Positions 11,859 through 26,151 are shown, numbered from the whole stretch's first letter. The stretch: 63,661 bases of DNA, filler included, from Thraustochytrium aureum (GCA_012862495.1; 5 parts of 2 records of this genome joined end to end with filler, not necessarily neighbours in it); one strand, 5' to 3'. Program-made: numbers and translations. The notes: generated by a model from the letters alone, not told the origin.

Positions 11859-12556
11859 TGAGCTTCTCTGTTTGTTCACGTCAAATGACCGACCGACCAC
11901 TGCGTAGTTTTGTCGTGGTCAACTGCTCACGATGCGCTTCCGCGCGTGCGATGCCGTTCAGGATGTCGGTTCGTCGACTGCTTCTTCGAGTTATCGCGAG
12001 CCGCTCCGGTGCGCTGCGCTGCCTTGCCCATGCACGTCCACCGCTCTTGGCTGGCCTCCCAGAGCCCCGCGCTCTCATCATGGAGCGGTTTCAACAACCG
12101 TGACCATCGAGTACAGAGCACAGTGATTGTGTATCCAGATAACTACGGCTCAGGCGCGCTCTCGAGCGTGCGACGCAACTCGTTCATTTATTTCTTGATT
12201 GATTGACATCGACGATCGTCGATACACAGCATTCCTCGACGATGGCTTGCTCGCTGTTGCTGGCCAGTGCGGCGGCTTGTCCGGTGTGTCCGTTCAGCGA
12301 AAGACGCGTAATTGCCCCCCTGACCCCCTGGAAGCGCAAACTGAGGGCCTGCTCGGTACCCCAGATACAGTAAAAGCCTTGCATTTTCTGCCGAGGCATA
12401 GCCAATTGTTGCGAGCTCCAGCGCATCAGCTACTTGCCAATGCCACATCCGTGCCTCGGCCAATCCAGCTCCAAGCTCTCCAGCCGAGCCAGCCAGCTCC
12501 AGCTGTCTATCAAGCCAGGTAGCTGTAGCCTGCTCGGCGGCTTGGCGGGCGCGAGG

Positions 12557-14357
12557 ATGGAGGGCTGGACGGAGAACGAGGACGACTGCCTGCTCGCGCT
12601 CCAGGCGAGTGCGCCAACCTCGTTTCGGGTGACGATCACGAACAGGACAACGACGGAGCGCAGCAAGAGCCAGCGAGAAGATACGCGCTGCGAAAATTCA
12701 CGCGGCGGCGGGGCGGGTGGACCCAAGGAGGTCGTCCAGCGGCCCAAGACGGCGAGCCTCCTTGATGTGGGGAGGCCGACGAGGACCTCTCGACCACTGC
12801 GGCCGGAAAAGGCAAAGGCAGCGGCTGGCCACCCAGCAGACAAGGCGACTACGCTCGTGCAGTTGCGCAAAGTAGCGATCGACTGGGATGTTGAGGACAG
12901 TGCCGCGACGNNNNNNNNNNNNNNNNNNNNNNNNNNNNNNNNNNNNNNNNNNNNNNNNNNNNNNNNNNNNNNNNNNNNNNNNNNNNNNNNNNNNNNNNNN
13001 NNNNNNNNNNNNNNNNNNNNNNNNNNNNNNNNNNNNNNNNNNNNNNNNNNNNNNNNNNNNNNNNNNNNNNNNNNNNNNNNNNNNNNNNNNNNNNNNNNNN
13101 NNNNNNNNNNNNNNNNNNNNNNNNNGGGATGTTGAGGACAGTGCCGCGACGACGATACGGCCGAGCACTGCCGCGCCGCCCTTGGCAAACACCAACGCCA
13201 CGCCATCGACCGAGCACCGCGAACAATCAAAGTCCTGCCCCAATCCAAGATCCATATCACTTCAATCGGACCGCAGTTCTCACAAGAATGGGTTCCGTTC
13301 CTGCGAGTCCGCTTGGGCCCGATTGGGTCGTCCTCCCATCCAGCCAAAACCGCAGCGAACCAGCATGGACAGCACGGCAGCAGCCTCGGCCGCGGTGAGC
13401 AGAAGAGCGCGCAGTCAGCACGGTTCAAAATCAAAAAAAGCACGCCATAAGAGTCGCCGCAAAAGGCGGCACGTGTATGAGCAAGAACAGCTCGACACAA
13501 GCGACGAAAACAGCGACTCGGAAGACCTCGACCGCGACTGCCTCCTCGGGACAGACTTTGTGATGGAGTTCGACCAAGCCTTGCAAGTCGCGATCTCCGT
13601 CGAAAAGCCGTTCCTCGCACCATCACGCGTCCGGGAGCCCACAATCTGCTCGAGTCCCGACAAGGGCAGTCGAATCTTTGCAAATGCCCGCAAGGGCAGC
13701 GTACTAGAGGCCCATGCGCCAGAGACGCACGGATCCGAGGCGCGCCAAGCAGAGACGAGCAACGCCTACTTCGAGTCTGCCCGTCCGCGCTCTGCTTATC
13801 TCTCAGCCTGGATAGAGCAGCGCGACGCGAAATTGGATTTCGATGCACAAGGGCTTTTGGTCGCGCAGCGCCGCGCAAAAGCTGCGGGGTTGCGCAGTGC
13901 AGTCGCCAAGAGCCGCAAATCCAAGCTCGAGCCGGAGCTCATTGGCTTGATCAAGTCAAGAGAGCACCAGCGCCACCTGCAACTCACCCCAACGACCCTA
14001 GTTGCCGGGGCAAAGCGCGGAGCTGACCTGTCCCCAAGGCTAGCCAGGACTGCACGCTCAGGCGACACGACGAACCCTGTCAGTGCCGACACGGCTTCCT
14101 CCTCTTCTACAAGGCATGGCCAGTCTCGTCCAGGTCTGCCGCCGAAAAGAAAGTCTACGCTGCGCGAGGCGCCGCTGCCCGGTGAGGGACCAGTACCGCG
14201 CCCGCAGACAGCAGCCGATCGAGCGCACAAGGTCATGCGCGCAAAGCGAGAACAGCACAGCAGCCCTTGCGAACCGGAGACCACGCTGTTGGACGGCGTC
14301 ACAACGGTGCGAAAGCTAGGCAGGCTTGCAGCGCCCGAGCGCAGACCGCCGCAATAG
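12557..14357 (+). CDS. Hypothetical low-complexity protein with RPx[TS]A motifs; the internal gap 12911-13125 is probably an unmerged overlap
   Basis: ATG at 12557. The 26 nt flanking the gap are duplicated (12885-12910 = 13126-13151), and merging them gives a continuous DWDVEDSAATTIRPSTA frame to the stop at 14357. Confidence 0.55.
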
Positions 14358-14461
14358 CGCGGAGGGGGGCCGCCACTGTTTTCGATCAAATTTCAAAAAG
14401 ATTCTGGACGAAGAAAAATGGCAAGCTGCGAAACTTTGCTTGTATACGAATCGGGCGTTTC

Positions 14462-15530
14462 CTATCCCGACCTCACGACTACAACCTTGACACCGTAAGC
14501 GGCGGTCGCAATCGCGTTCGAGCCGTCACGCGCAAAACTCACTCCAACATACAAAGTGTCACGGCTGTAGTCCTTGGAGACAAGCCGGACATCATTGTTG
14601 CGTTTGTCAGGCAGCTGCCACAGGTTAAGCGCACCGTCCTCGCCGACGGTCGCAAACACGTCCTGGAAGGGATGAACGTCCATGGCATTGAGCGAGCGAC
14701 AATGCGCATCGATTTCGAGCTGGATACTCGTGCGGAAAACGTCATAGACGCGAACCACGCCACATACAAAGGCAGCGACAACGCGGTCGCCGCGGATATG
14801 CACGGCGCTGCACGGAAGGCCCATGCTCGGAAACTGGCAAAGGTGCTCGAACGAGCCGTTGCTCCAGACAATGACCTGGCCGCTTTCGTCGCCAGAAACC
14901 AAGTGCGACATTGAGGTGCCCAGCGAGCAGACCGCGCGCCGATGGCCTAGCAAAGTCTGCTCGAGGTCGAGTCGGTTCCGGTCCTCGTCAAAATAGACAA
15001 TACCGATCGTGCCGTGCGAAGAGCCCACAGCACAAAACGACGTCCCTTGCACGCCATCGACGCCGCAGCAGTGCGCGCGGCGCGTGGGGCACGCGTCGCC
15101 GTCCTCGTTGCTTGGGAGCTTGTCGAGCGAGAATGCTGCGAGCTGCTGCTCGGCGCCGGCATCGAACAAGCTCAGCCCTGCGTCCGAGGCGACTGCCAGA
15201 TACTCTTTGGCGCCCAGTGTCACAAAGCGCGCTTGCATCACGATGGTGGCGCCTTTCACAGGCAGGATGCGCGACGGCTGCGACGCATTTTCGCGCGCCT
15301 CGTCAACGCGTACCACGTTCCGGTCAACATACGCGGCCAGCGAGCTCGAGCTCAGGCTCAAGTTATTAAACCGCTGCGAGGGCGACCCCCCCAATTTAAA
15401 CTCCTGCAGCAGCCCGTGCAGGGCGCGGTCCGTCAGCGCGCTCGAGCCTTTCGCCCCGTCCAGTCCGCGAAGTGGAAAACACGCCAACCAAGTCGCCACT
15501 TACCTGGACCTCCGTGGGCGCCTGAAACAT
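14462..15530 (-). CDS. WDR54: WD40-repeat protein, WDR54-like; exon 1 15530-15504, intron 15503-15404, exon 2 15403-14462
   Basis: The spliced N-terminus MFQAPTEVQEFKLGGSPSQRFNNLS resembles the WDR54 N-terminus. WD repeats include GHRRAVCSL..LVSGDESGQVIVW and AHCRSLNAMDVH..ATVGEDGALNLW. Confidence 0.7.
15404..15503 (-). other. Spliceosomal intron, 100 nt
   Basis: CAG|GTAAGT donor, GCTGAC branch-like site and CTGCAG| acceptor; splicing joins the exons in frame. Confidence 0.8.
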
Positions 15531-16015
15531 GGCGGCCGCTGCGAGCGGGCCGGGCCGGCCTCGTCGCCTGCCAAACCAAGCCAAACCTGACGCACCGCAA
15601 CGGGCTCCGCCTGGGACGACAAGTGGCGCGCTTGATGAGTGGTGAGTCCTCGATGATGAATTGGCGTTGCCGCGACGCCGCGCTCTGCCTGGGACGCGCT
15701 GCTGACTGTCACCAGTTCAGAGTCAGAGCAGATGATGGAGCGCGGCGGACAGTGCCGTCACTGCGCAGGCCAGGGTGTTGGGATGTTGGGACACCGAGTC
15801 CTGAAAGCCAAGGGGGCCAAGGCCCTGGGCACGTTAAACCCCTTCGCCTGCTTGCTGTTTCGGTAAGGTGATAAAAGTGAGGTATAGTCCTAAATGTGTC
15901 AACCGAAATGCGCGCCCCGACCCGCCAGGCGCCGCGGCTCGACGGCGGAGCTGGGCGAGGACGGCGTAGCGACGCGAAGGTTTGGCCACGAGCGGGCGGG
16001 CATCGCGTACGGGGA

Positions 16016-16884
16016 ATGTCGAAGGACGAGGAGGGTGCGCGCCGAATGCGCCAACAGCTTCAAATCCTCAAGTCTCGACGGAGCCCTGCAACGCGCTCGG
16101 CGGCTCTGACGCAACCGTCAGGGCGGAGGAGCATGTTCCGCAAGTGGAAGTCTTGCGCCGCCGTGCGCGCGGCACGCCAGAAGCGCCACAAGCGGCTCGA
16201 TCTGCTGCGGACGTTGGGAAGCTTGCGCTGCTCAAGCAGCGCAACCCACTCAGACCCAGGTCAAAGCCGGACGTCGGCGCCTTGCCCCCATGCGCAGAGG
16301 AAGGCGAGTTGCGCCTTGCTCGCGAGTTTTGCGCTGTATCACTGCCAGTGGCACCGCGACCAGGCACTGCTGTATCGGGCTCGCAAGGGCACCCAACGAC
16401 CGCAGCGGCAGGGAAACCGCGCTTCAAGCAAGTTGTCGTCTGGCGCTGCACAGAGTGCTCAAGCGAGTGCATCCCCGTACGCGAACAGAGCAGGTGCTTG
16501 TGCGGACACCGTCTCAAGGAACACCCTCAGGACGCCAAGTCTGGCAAACTAAAGTGCGCGAGCGCGCGGTGCGCGTGCCAAGGCTTCTTTTACATCGTTG
16601 CAGAAGGGGCGTGGGTCTTGCGCTGCAGCTGCAAGCACAAGCACACTGATCACGACCCGCGCTCGCATGCGTGCACAAAGGCGTCCTGCGGTTGCTCCAA
16701 GTTTTTTTCCCCCTGGGTCTGCAACTGCGACCATCCTTGGGCGGCGCACGAGCAGTGTGTCGAGCGTCGGCGCGTCAAGACCCTCGAAGAGCTCTACCTG
16801 GGAGGCAGCGCCGAGGCCCAGCTCTCTATCGGAGGCGACACCGTCAAGCGCACAGACTTGCTTGCCGATCCGCTCCGCATGTGA
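16016..16884 (+). CDS. FAM221-family (DUF4475-like) Cys/His-rich protein; start uncertain, probable 5' frameshift
   Basis: WRC..C..EC..V...SRCLCGHRLKEH, C....C.CQGFFYI, RCSCKHKHTDHDP and C.CSKFFSPWVCNCDHPWAAH. The ATG at 16016 (MSKDEEGARR) is in a different frame. Confidence 0.68.
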
Positions 16885-17038
16885 ACGCAACTGCAATTGG
16901 CGAGGCCAGACACGCATCCGACATACCCCGAAAAAACAACGACAGCGTGAATGGGCTAAATTTCTTTTCCTGGTTCTTGAGAGAGTGCTCGCTCGCAGCG
17001 AGCTGGGGCGGGCGCCAGCACGACGATGCGCGTACGAG

Positions 17039-20000
17039 CTACAAGCTCATACCCTGCGACATGCGCCATGAACCCGACCTACTCTTTGCATCCTTCATCG
17101 AGCTGCTGTGCGAGTTGGATGTGTTGTATGCAAGAATCTCGCGGATTAGCGCCCCGCTTTCGTACGAAAAGTAGTCGCGGCACAGCTCGGTGAAAGCCTC
17201 AATGTCGAGCTCTGGCTTTTGCGCGTACTTGTCCATCAAGGCCCGCAACTCCTCGGGGCTGATTAGCCCGCTGTGTACTCAGTTCGCGAAGCGAGATGCG
17301 CTTGTTGCGGTCCTTGTCCAACACCTCGAACAATGCGTAAATGTCGTTCAGAGCGGCCTCGTTCAGCACCTTTTCACCTTTAACCTCATCCACGGTCACC
17401 TTTGCAGCCTCCCTGCAGTCCAGAATAAACTGGTGCATATTGCGCAAGTCGCTGGGCTCTGCGAGCGGGCAGAACGCCTTCAGGAACTCTGGAAAGTCAA
17501 TCTGGTTGTCCCCGTCCTCGTCGAGCGTCTCGAAAATGGACCCCAGACTCTGGCTGAGGGCAGAGTTCTGAAACTCGGACGAGGTGTAAAACTCTTGCAT
17601 GTCGATGGCGCCAGAGTCGTCTGGATCGAAGCGGCGAAACAGACTGTACAGGTTGCGCACCTTTTGCTCCGGGTACGGTCCAAACCGCTTGCCGTACTTT
17701 CCAGACCGCACCCCGGAAACTGTTGCGACCGGCATCCCCAGAAGGTCGCTCGCGCTGGTCGCCACGTCGTCGCTTTCCAAGGTGGCGGACTTCATCGCAG
17801 CGTCAAGCGGATTGGCTTTGCTTCCTTCTTCGTCGCAAGTGGATGCGAGAGAAAGGCTGGAGGGGCGCCGGTCGTGGCCGGCGATCTGCTCTCGCTGGGA
17901 CTTTTGCTGGCGCACTTGGGCTGCCAAAACAGACTGCCTCTGTACAAGGCTCTGCCGCCTGCGCACGGGGCGCAACTTGGCGCTCGAGCTCCGGGAGAGT
18001 TTGCTGCCACGGCGGCCAGAGCTCGTGAAGTCCACCTCGACGCGCTCATCCTGCTCGGCGCCACTCGAGAGAGCCCGGTGGGCGCGCCGGCCCACGATAG
18101 ACCCGACGTCAGAAGACTCGTCGGAGCGAGCGCTGTTCCCTGCGTCATCGTCGGTTTCGGCGACGATGCGCTCTACCTTGTTGAGAACCATAGTTGAGCG
18201 GCGCCGCCAGTCGTCGGCAGGCCGAGGCCTGCGGCCCGCAGGCGATTCTGGGCACGTGCTTGGTCTTCGAGCCTGAGGTTCGAACAGCTGCGGTAGGCTC
18301 ATCGAGCCCTTGAGCGGCTGCACCGGTGTCTCGAGGATGCTTGAAACGTCGTTGAGGAACGACTGGTTGGACCGCTCCCATTGCTCCCAGAGACTCGGAA
18401 GCGCTGTACCCTTGCTTGAGAGTGAGAACGAGACGAGCTGATTGGACGGGGCCGTACTCGGCCTTGGCACGCCCAAGGCCTCGCGAGCCGCTTCGGCGGC
18501 CAGGTCGGCCTCGGTGCGTCCGTCCGCGCGATCGTCCTCCTGGTTGCTTGCGGTGCCGCCCTCCTCGCTTCGCTGGGGAAAGTTGAGCTGGAGCGCTTGG
18601 GCAAGGTTTCGAGAGCTGCCTTGCTGCTGCTGGAGCGCGGCTGCGGCCTCCAAAAAGCCGCGTGGGGCAAACCGACGCTGGAAGCCCCCGAGCGCGTCTA
18701 GACGCTTCTTGCGCTTATCTCGGAGGTAGTTGTTGTCGCCCAGCTTGAGCTGCTTGCGCAGAAACTCTGAGGGCGTGAGGTCGACCTGGTTGATCCGCTC
18801 TTGCGCGAGCGAGAGCTTGTTGCGCTTTGACTCGGCCTCTAGGTGATCGTACAGTCGGCAGCTCTTGCTGGGGTTTACAGAAGCTTCGTTCGTGGCCAGC
18901 TGCTGGAGCAGCTGGGTCTTCAGTTGTGAGCGCTCCACGTCTGCTCGCCGCTCCTGGACAGTCTTTCTTGGAATTTGTTTGCCACCCAAGAGCGCGCTTT
19001 TGTGGCGCACGTCGATCATCGTAACGGCGGACCGCAGCTTGTCCTTGGCCTTGGCCATCTTGGCGAACGCAGCTCGATTGGACTCTATTTGGGGCGTCGC
19101 TGGCGCGCTCGGCTTTAGCGAACCCCCCTTACCTGAGCTGCAAGACGCAAAGAGCTTGCCGTGAACGGCTTTCGCAACGTTCCGCTTTGCTCGCTCGAGC
19201 TTGCGCCGCGCCGGGCCGACGTCGAAGGCCCACGGATACGGCTCGCGCTCCTCATTCGCGATGGCCTCGCGCTCCTCGTCGGACATGTTGAGCACGCCGA
19301 TCAGCTCGCATTCATTGTTCAGCGCGTGGAGGCGGACGCTGCGGTCGAGGGATGAACTGAGGACCGCGAGAGGCTCGCTCACGATTTGGAGCGTGTTAAC
19401 GACTGCAGTGTGAGCTTTGATGACTTTGACGCACGACACCAGCTCGCTTCCGTCCCCGGCTTCGTCTGGTGGAGGGATGCCGCAAAACGAAGAGCGCCGC
19501 CGGCGCAAAAGCGCCTCTCCGTCGTCGTCGTTTGACACCGAAAATCGCAAGTCACGTTGAATTCTTCGTCGCGCGTTGTAGCCAGTCCGGTTGAATGGGA
19601 AGTGCTCTTTCTGGCGAGGCTTGAGCGCGTTTGCCGCCACAAGGCCGGAGATGTCCAGACACTTGACGACGCCCATCTCATCCCCAATCGCGACGAGGTA
19701 GCGGTCCGCGCCGCGGTCTGCGGCGCCTCCCGCCTCTTCAGCGGCGATTCGGTGTACAGCCATGCAGGTCAGCGAGGTGCGGAGGCTGTTGGGCCCTCCA
19801 CCGGAGAAGTATGTATCCGCGCCGAGCTCGTCGAGCGAGTTCCAGTTCTCCCACTGAAACAAGCAGCGCCCCTGCTCTGCCCCTGGCCCTATCAAGGTGA
19901 AGAGAACGACGCCCGAGGTGTCCGCAGAGGCCAAGAGCGGGAGGTCGCCGACGAACTGAACAGCGACGACATCCGCTTTGTGGCCATAGAGGACGAGGTC

Positions 20001-21863
20001 GAGCTTGACAAACTCAAAGTTCCAAAGGCGGACGTTGGTGTCTGCCGACCCTGTGGCGATCATCGAGAACGCATCCGAGTAGGCAACGCATGTGATGTCC
20101 GACTCGTGGGCGGCTGAAACGCTGCGCAAAAACGGAGCGCACTCTTCCTCGGGCCAGTCATCGTGAATGTGGAGCGTCATGTCGCGAGCGACGCTGATCA
20201 GAATCTTTTCTCTGCCGACGTAGGCGATTCCAGTCACGTCAGCACCGTGCTGGTACTCGGAAGCCTTCATGAGGATGCCGTTGACGAAACTGTGCACGTT
20301 GACGAAGCCATCCGCTGTGCCAACGATAAACTTGCGCTCTCGATCATCGAGCGTGATGACTGTGAGCTCGGTCGAGCATATCCCAAACATGTCCTCCTGC
20401 ACTGCGCCGGTTGCCCCGTCCCAAATCTGCACGTCCGTTCCTGTAATGGTCACAAACGAAAGCAATGTGCCGTTAAAGAGCGCCCCGTTTGGGAGGTTGT
20501 CCATGTTGGCGCACTGCGTTGTTGTGAACCGAAACATCTTGCTCGACGCGGCGATTATGTCAGCAGAGTGGTCTGTCACACAAAACGAGGTCGGGTGGAA
20601 ATCGTCCATGCTCCACTTGGGCCCTCCCCGCATTTGAGAGCGGAATCGGTCCTTCGCCTTGCCGTTGAAGCTACGGAGCTTGCGCTGAAACACTTGAAGG
20701 CAAACGGCGTGGCCAGTGTGCGAGCGCTGAATGTCCCAAATGCGAAAATTGCCCTGGTCGTCTGCTGTCACAGCCCGCTCAAGCTTGTTCATCACTGTTG
20801 TTGGGAGCAGCGCAATGCCGACGAGCGCCGATCGATGGCCTTGAAATCGCAATACTTGTCTACGCGAGTTTAGGTCCCAGCCGTACGCCTCGGGCTCCAC
20901 ACCGATGCTCAGCAGTGTGTTTTGCTGCTCCGCGAAGACGAGCTGGCGGCAGGCTCGGGAGTGCCCCGTGATCGTTGCCTTCCATTGTTGGGTGGAGAGA
21001 TCAAACAGTTGAATAGTCTTGTCGATCGAGCAGGAGACGAGCAGGTCGAGATGGTCAATTGCGCAAAGATCCGTGATCGGCTCGCTGTGACGAGTCGCAA
21101 GAAAGTCGACGCGACAGCCTTTTTCGGGGTTCCATACCTGGATCCTGCTGTCGTTCCCGCCTGTATAAAGTTTGCTTGTCCGCGAGCTGTATGCGGCGCA
21201 CCGCTGCAGAGCCTTTGAAAAGGCGAAATAGTTGAACCGAAGCGTTGTGGCGTCCCAGAAAGTGACGCTGAGGTCGGTTGCGAAGACGACCAGGATGTTT
21301 TTGCGCGGAACAATCAAGCATGCTACAACTTGGTCTTTGCGCCGGACGTCGAGGCTGCTTTTGCTCGCCACGGTAGCTTTGCGGACGTCGAGCTCAGCAA
21401 CGAGATTGAGCTTCGGGTCGTACAGCTTGACCGTCATGCTCTCGCGCTCGCAAGAGGCAATCCGCTGGATTTGTGGGAGGTACTTGAGCTTGACGATCGC
21501 TGCTCCGCGGGACGTCGTGTCTTTGTACTGAATGTCTTCCACGTACCGATATCGCAGCGGCTCGACGAATCGTCGTGTTGCTACAAAGCCGGCGTCCACG
21601 CAGTACCCGGTGAACTCGTCCCACTCAACGCGGCCGTTCCCGTTGCGATCAATTTCCTCAAACATTTCGCAAAGCGAGGGGACCAGGGCTTGTGGGTCTT
21701 GCAGATAGTCCGGGAGCTTTTCGCTCTCAAGCAGCCTGCCCATCATTATGCGGACGAATTCCTGCAGAGATGCGCCCTCGTCTCCAAGCCCGTCAAAGTC
21801 CATGCGAAGTCTTTCCAGGGCCTCGCCTTCCAGCATGCTCATCACTTCCATCGCGCTAGCCAT
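17039..21863 (-). CDS. Large EF-hand + WD40 + EF-hand protein (WDR49/EFCAB8-like); frameshift near 17275
   Basis: N-terminal EF-hand (FEEIDRNGNGRVEWDEFTGY), many WD repeats (GHSRAC, GHRSAL, AHESDITC..ATGSADTNVRLW, GHKADV) and C-terminal EF-hands (DPDDSGAIDMQE, DEDGDNQIDFPE, DKDRNKRISLRE). It continues in ORF 17039..17248. Confidence 0.8.
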
Positions 21864-22525
21864 CGCTGCCGCCGCCCGGACTTGCGTGCGCCGCTGTGTG
21901 CGAACGTCTGCACGTGCTTACTTCCGCACTACGTGCGGCAACGCAGCCGACTGACTGACTGTGCGTCGCCCAAATGGACAGCTAGCTCGCGCCAGCAGCA
22001 GATCTTCGAGGTCCTGTACGAACGGCCAACGCGCTTGAGCGCGAGCCTGCGGGTTTGCACGCACAGCTCGCGCGTTGACTCCGGAGGTCCGTCTGACTAT
22101 GATTCGCTAACTTGTGGTAACCAAGCAACCGACACAAGTTCCGCTAAAAATAACACCCCTCTACTTTTTAGAATTACAAGTCCCGATTGCGTCGAGCAGG
22201 CAGGTGCCTCGCGCCCAGCAACCTATTGACAGGTCCGATCGCCTCGACGTCCCGGTTGGTACCTACTGCCTTTCGAGCCAGATTAGTACTATAACTAGAG
22301 TAAGGTTTGGCAGCGCCATTTCGCTCGACGTTCCGCCGCCTTTTTGTTCAGCGCAGCGTGCAAGTGCATTGTTACTCGTACACCGACCACATGAGGGAGT
22401 ACCCTATCATCGTTGCGACAAACGATAAGTTTGGTTTGTTTCAATGGACTCGGAGTGTACGCGGTGCTCTGATGGCGAGAATCCTGATTCCCTTCGAGGC
22501 AAGAGCCGCGCACTCGTTCGCTCGG

Positions 22526-23625
<1,100 letters not shown>

Positions 23626-24239
23626 CCCATCCGCGATGAGCGCACCCGGATGGCCAGCCTGTCGCTGCGCGAGACCGCCCAGAGCCACAGGCAGGCAGCC
23701 AGGCAGCCGGGCGGCCTGGCAGGCAGTCGGGCAGGCTGGCTGACGCCGGGCAAGCTGTCCTGGAGAGCCGGCGGGAGCTGGCGTGGATGGGTTGTCATGT
23801 TTTTTTGCAATAATAGCGGGCGGGATGCAGGACGGAGGGACATAGTTCCGTTTCAGGGCCGGCCGCCGTGGCCTCAGAGGGCAGAGGATGCTGGCGGTGG
23901 TCGGCGGCGCCGCCGAGCGAGCGGGCCGCCGTTCGCGGTGGCTGTGACGACGTGCGGGGCGCCGAAAGCCCTTCCCAAGCTGTGTTCTGGCGGAAAGTGG
24001 AATTCGACTCGCGCAGGCTCGATCTGCCCCTGGGCACCTCGCCGTCCTGGACAGCAGCGGCTCTCTTCTCTCTGCCCCTCTCTCTTTAAGCTCTCTGGAG
24101 CCACCTACTAGCAAGCTGGTAGAGAACGCGGTCGCTCGGCCGCGCTCTCTGAGACCTGAGCCGCCTGTCGAGGTCGGCTCAGGTCGGTTTGGACGCGATT
24201 TGGCGGCGATACCCGCCAGGGAGGCCACTCGAGCTGGCC

Positions 24240-25120
24240 ATGAACGCCTTGCAGGACGCGCCCGCGGCAAGCGCATGCCAACAAGGCTCTCGTGAACCGC
24301 AAAGCCCTGCTGACGCGCTGGCGATCGGCGCCGGCGCGGTAGGCAACATGAACGGAGTCGCCGTGATGCGGCGCGCGGCCGCAGACGACGAGGCATGGAG
24401 CGAGGGCCGCAGCCGCGATGCCATATTGGCGCTTGCGTGCGAATTTCGAGCGAGGAATACGGACGAGCCGTGGTCCGAGCGCAGGCAGGAGACCCTCGAA
24501 AAGCTGCTCGTCGCGGCGCGACGCAAGAAGCTGGTCAACTTGACCGCCCAGCAGCAAGAGGAAAAGCGCAAGTTTGAAACGCGCGAGCGCGTGGTCCTGG
24601 AAAACGTCCAGCGAGCGCTGGAGAAGGAACGACAGGACGCGGAGCAGATCAAGCGCCTTTTTCATGGCACAATCCAGGAAATCGCCCGGCACTCACGGAT
24701 CGGAAACAACGCAGCGCAGATGTTGCGCGAGGCGCAGGTTGTGCGTGAAGTTGCAGAGCTGCCAGCATTCAAAGTCGGCAAGCAGCCGAAAACGCGCGAA
24801 GAGGCAGCTGCAATGGCGCGAGAGCTCGTTGAAGGGGCGGTGCGCAAGCAGCAGCGGATTGAGGCAGCGCGGCGCGTCCGCGAGTTTCAAGCCAAGCGGC
24901 CAGATGCGGCCAGATCGAGCAAGCCAGCTGCGCGCCCAAAACCTCAGCCACTTGGCCCTCGCGCTAGTGGTGAGGGCGGGAAGAAAAAGCGCGACAAGCT
25001 GCGCGCCAAGTTCCTCGCAGCGATCGGCAAGTCACAGTCTTCCACCTCCATGGTGTCGCGAGGCACGAACGGAAGCAAGAAGACCCGCAGCGGCAAGTCA
25101 GGGCCAGGCAGCACCGCTGA
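24240..25120 (+). CDS. Hypothetical coiled-coil protein, 3' truncated at the scaffold end
   Basis: Long charged helical ORF (QQQEEKRKFETRERVVLENVQRALEKERQ) with no recognised family motif. Confidence 0.5.
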
Positions 25121-25220
25121 NNNNNNNNNNNNNNNNNNNNNNNNNNNNNNNNNNNNNNNNNNNNTTAATTAATTAANNNNNNNNNNNNNNNNNNNNNNNN
25201 NNNNNNNNNNNNNNNNNNNN
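25121..25220. other. Artificial scaffold linker N44-TTAATTAATTAA-N44
   Basis: Exactly 100 nt with stops in all six frames; the same linker occurs four times in the window. Confidence 0.97.
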
Positions 25221-25221
25221 A

Positions 25222-26151
25222 CAACACCCCGTCGTCAAGGCTGCGCAGGTTCCGTTTCTCATCCTTATCCTGCTTGGGGCAATGATATCGTCGCTGACAA
25301 TCATCCCGCTCACCATAACTGACCAAGGCGGGCCAAGGGCAGAGACCCACGGCGGGAATGCAGCTGCGAATGCGGCATGCATGGCTTCTGTCTGGACGTA
25401 CACGATTGGCTTCGCTTTCACGTTTGCGCCGCTCTTTGCAAAGCTGAGACGCGTGCAGCGCATCTTCCTCAGTGTGGCCAACGCTTCAGGGAGGAGTTCT
25501 TCCTCAATGAAGGGGAAGAGCAAGATCAAGGTCAAGATGTCAAATGGGCAGCTCTTCATTACCATAGGGTTTTTCGTTCTTGGTGAAATCGTTCTCACTG
25601 GCGTCTGGCAGATTGCTGACCCGCTCGTCTACAAGCGCGACATTCTTTTGCTTGATGCCAGTGGCCAATCGGTGTCGAGCGCTGGCGCATGCGCGAGTGA
25701 CTCGTCGACTCTGTTCCTGGTTCTGATTGGCGGCTACCACCTTGCCGTCCTGCTCTGGGGTTCGTGGATCTGCTACCAGTGCGCGGGCATCAACACCCAG
25801 TTCAGCGAGTCCAAGCAGACCGCAGTTGCCCTGTTTTCCAACCTCGAGGTCCTCATCTTAGCCATTCCTGTGACCACCATTGCATCCGACACACCGGCAA
25901 CATCCATGTTTGTGCGCAGCGGCGTGGTTTTCCTCAACGACCTGAGCGTGATGTGCCTCGTCTTCTTTCCGAAAATCTCGTACGTCATGTTCGGAGCCCC
26001 GGAAGACGGTGTGGGCGGTAGCATTGTGGCGGACATGAAGCAAAAGCGGCAGCGCGCAAACGGCAGCGGCACAGGGACGCCGACGGCGCAAACAGTTACC
26101 TCGGTAGTTGGCTCACAGTCTGCCAAGCCGCAAAACTCCCTCTCTGGATAG
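25222..26151 (+). CDS. Class C (GABA-B-like, 7tm_3) G-protein-coupled receptor, 5' partial
   Basis: HPVVKAAQVPFL, CMASVW...GFAFTFAPLFAKLRRVQRIF, WQIADPL, GACASD, FSESK and FFPKI, with six hydrophobic helices visible. Confidence 0.85.
   Translation, partial: QHPVVKAAQVPFLILILLGAMISSLTIIPLTITDQGGPRAETHGGNAAANAACMASVWTYTIGFAFTFAPLFAKLRRVQRIFLSVANASGRSSSSMKGKSKIKVKMSNGQLFITIGFFVLGEIVLTGVWQIADPLVYKRDILLLDASGQSVSSAGACASDSSTLFLVLIGGYHLAVLLWGSWICYQCAGINTQFSESKQTAVALFSNLEVLILAIPVTTIASDTPATSMFVRSGVVFLNDLSVMCLVFFPKISYVMFGAPEDGVGGSIVADMKQKRQRANGSGTGTPTAQTVTSVVGSQSAKPQNSLSG

Noticed and set aside
12885..13151. 26-bp direct repeat flanking a gap as a target-site duplication
   Set aside because: It is better explained as an unmerged contig overlap; merging restores one ORF.
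25165..25176. TTAATTAATTAA (also 33384, 52075, 62157) as a biological motif or piggyBac TTAA site
   Set aside because: It is always centred in exactly 44+44 Ns, so it is an artificial six-frame-stop linker.
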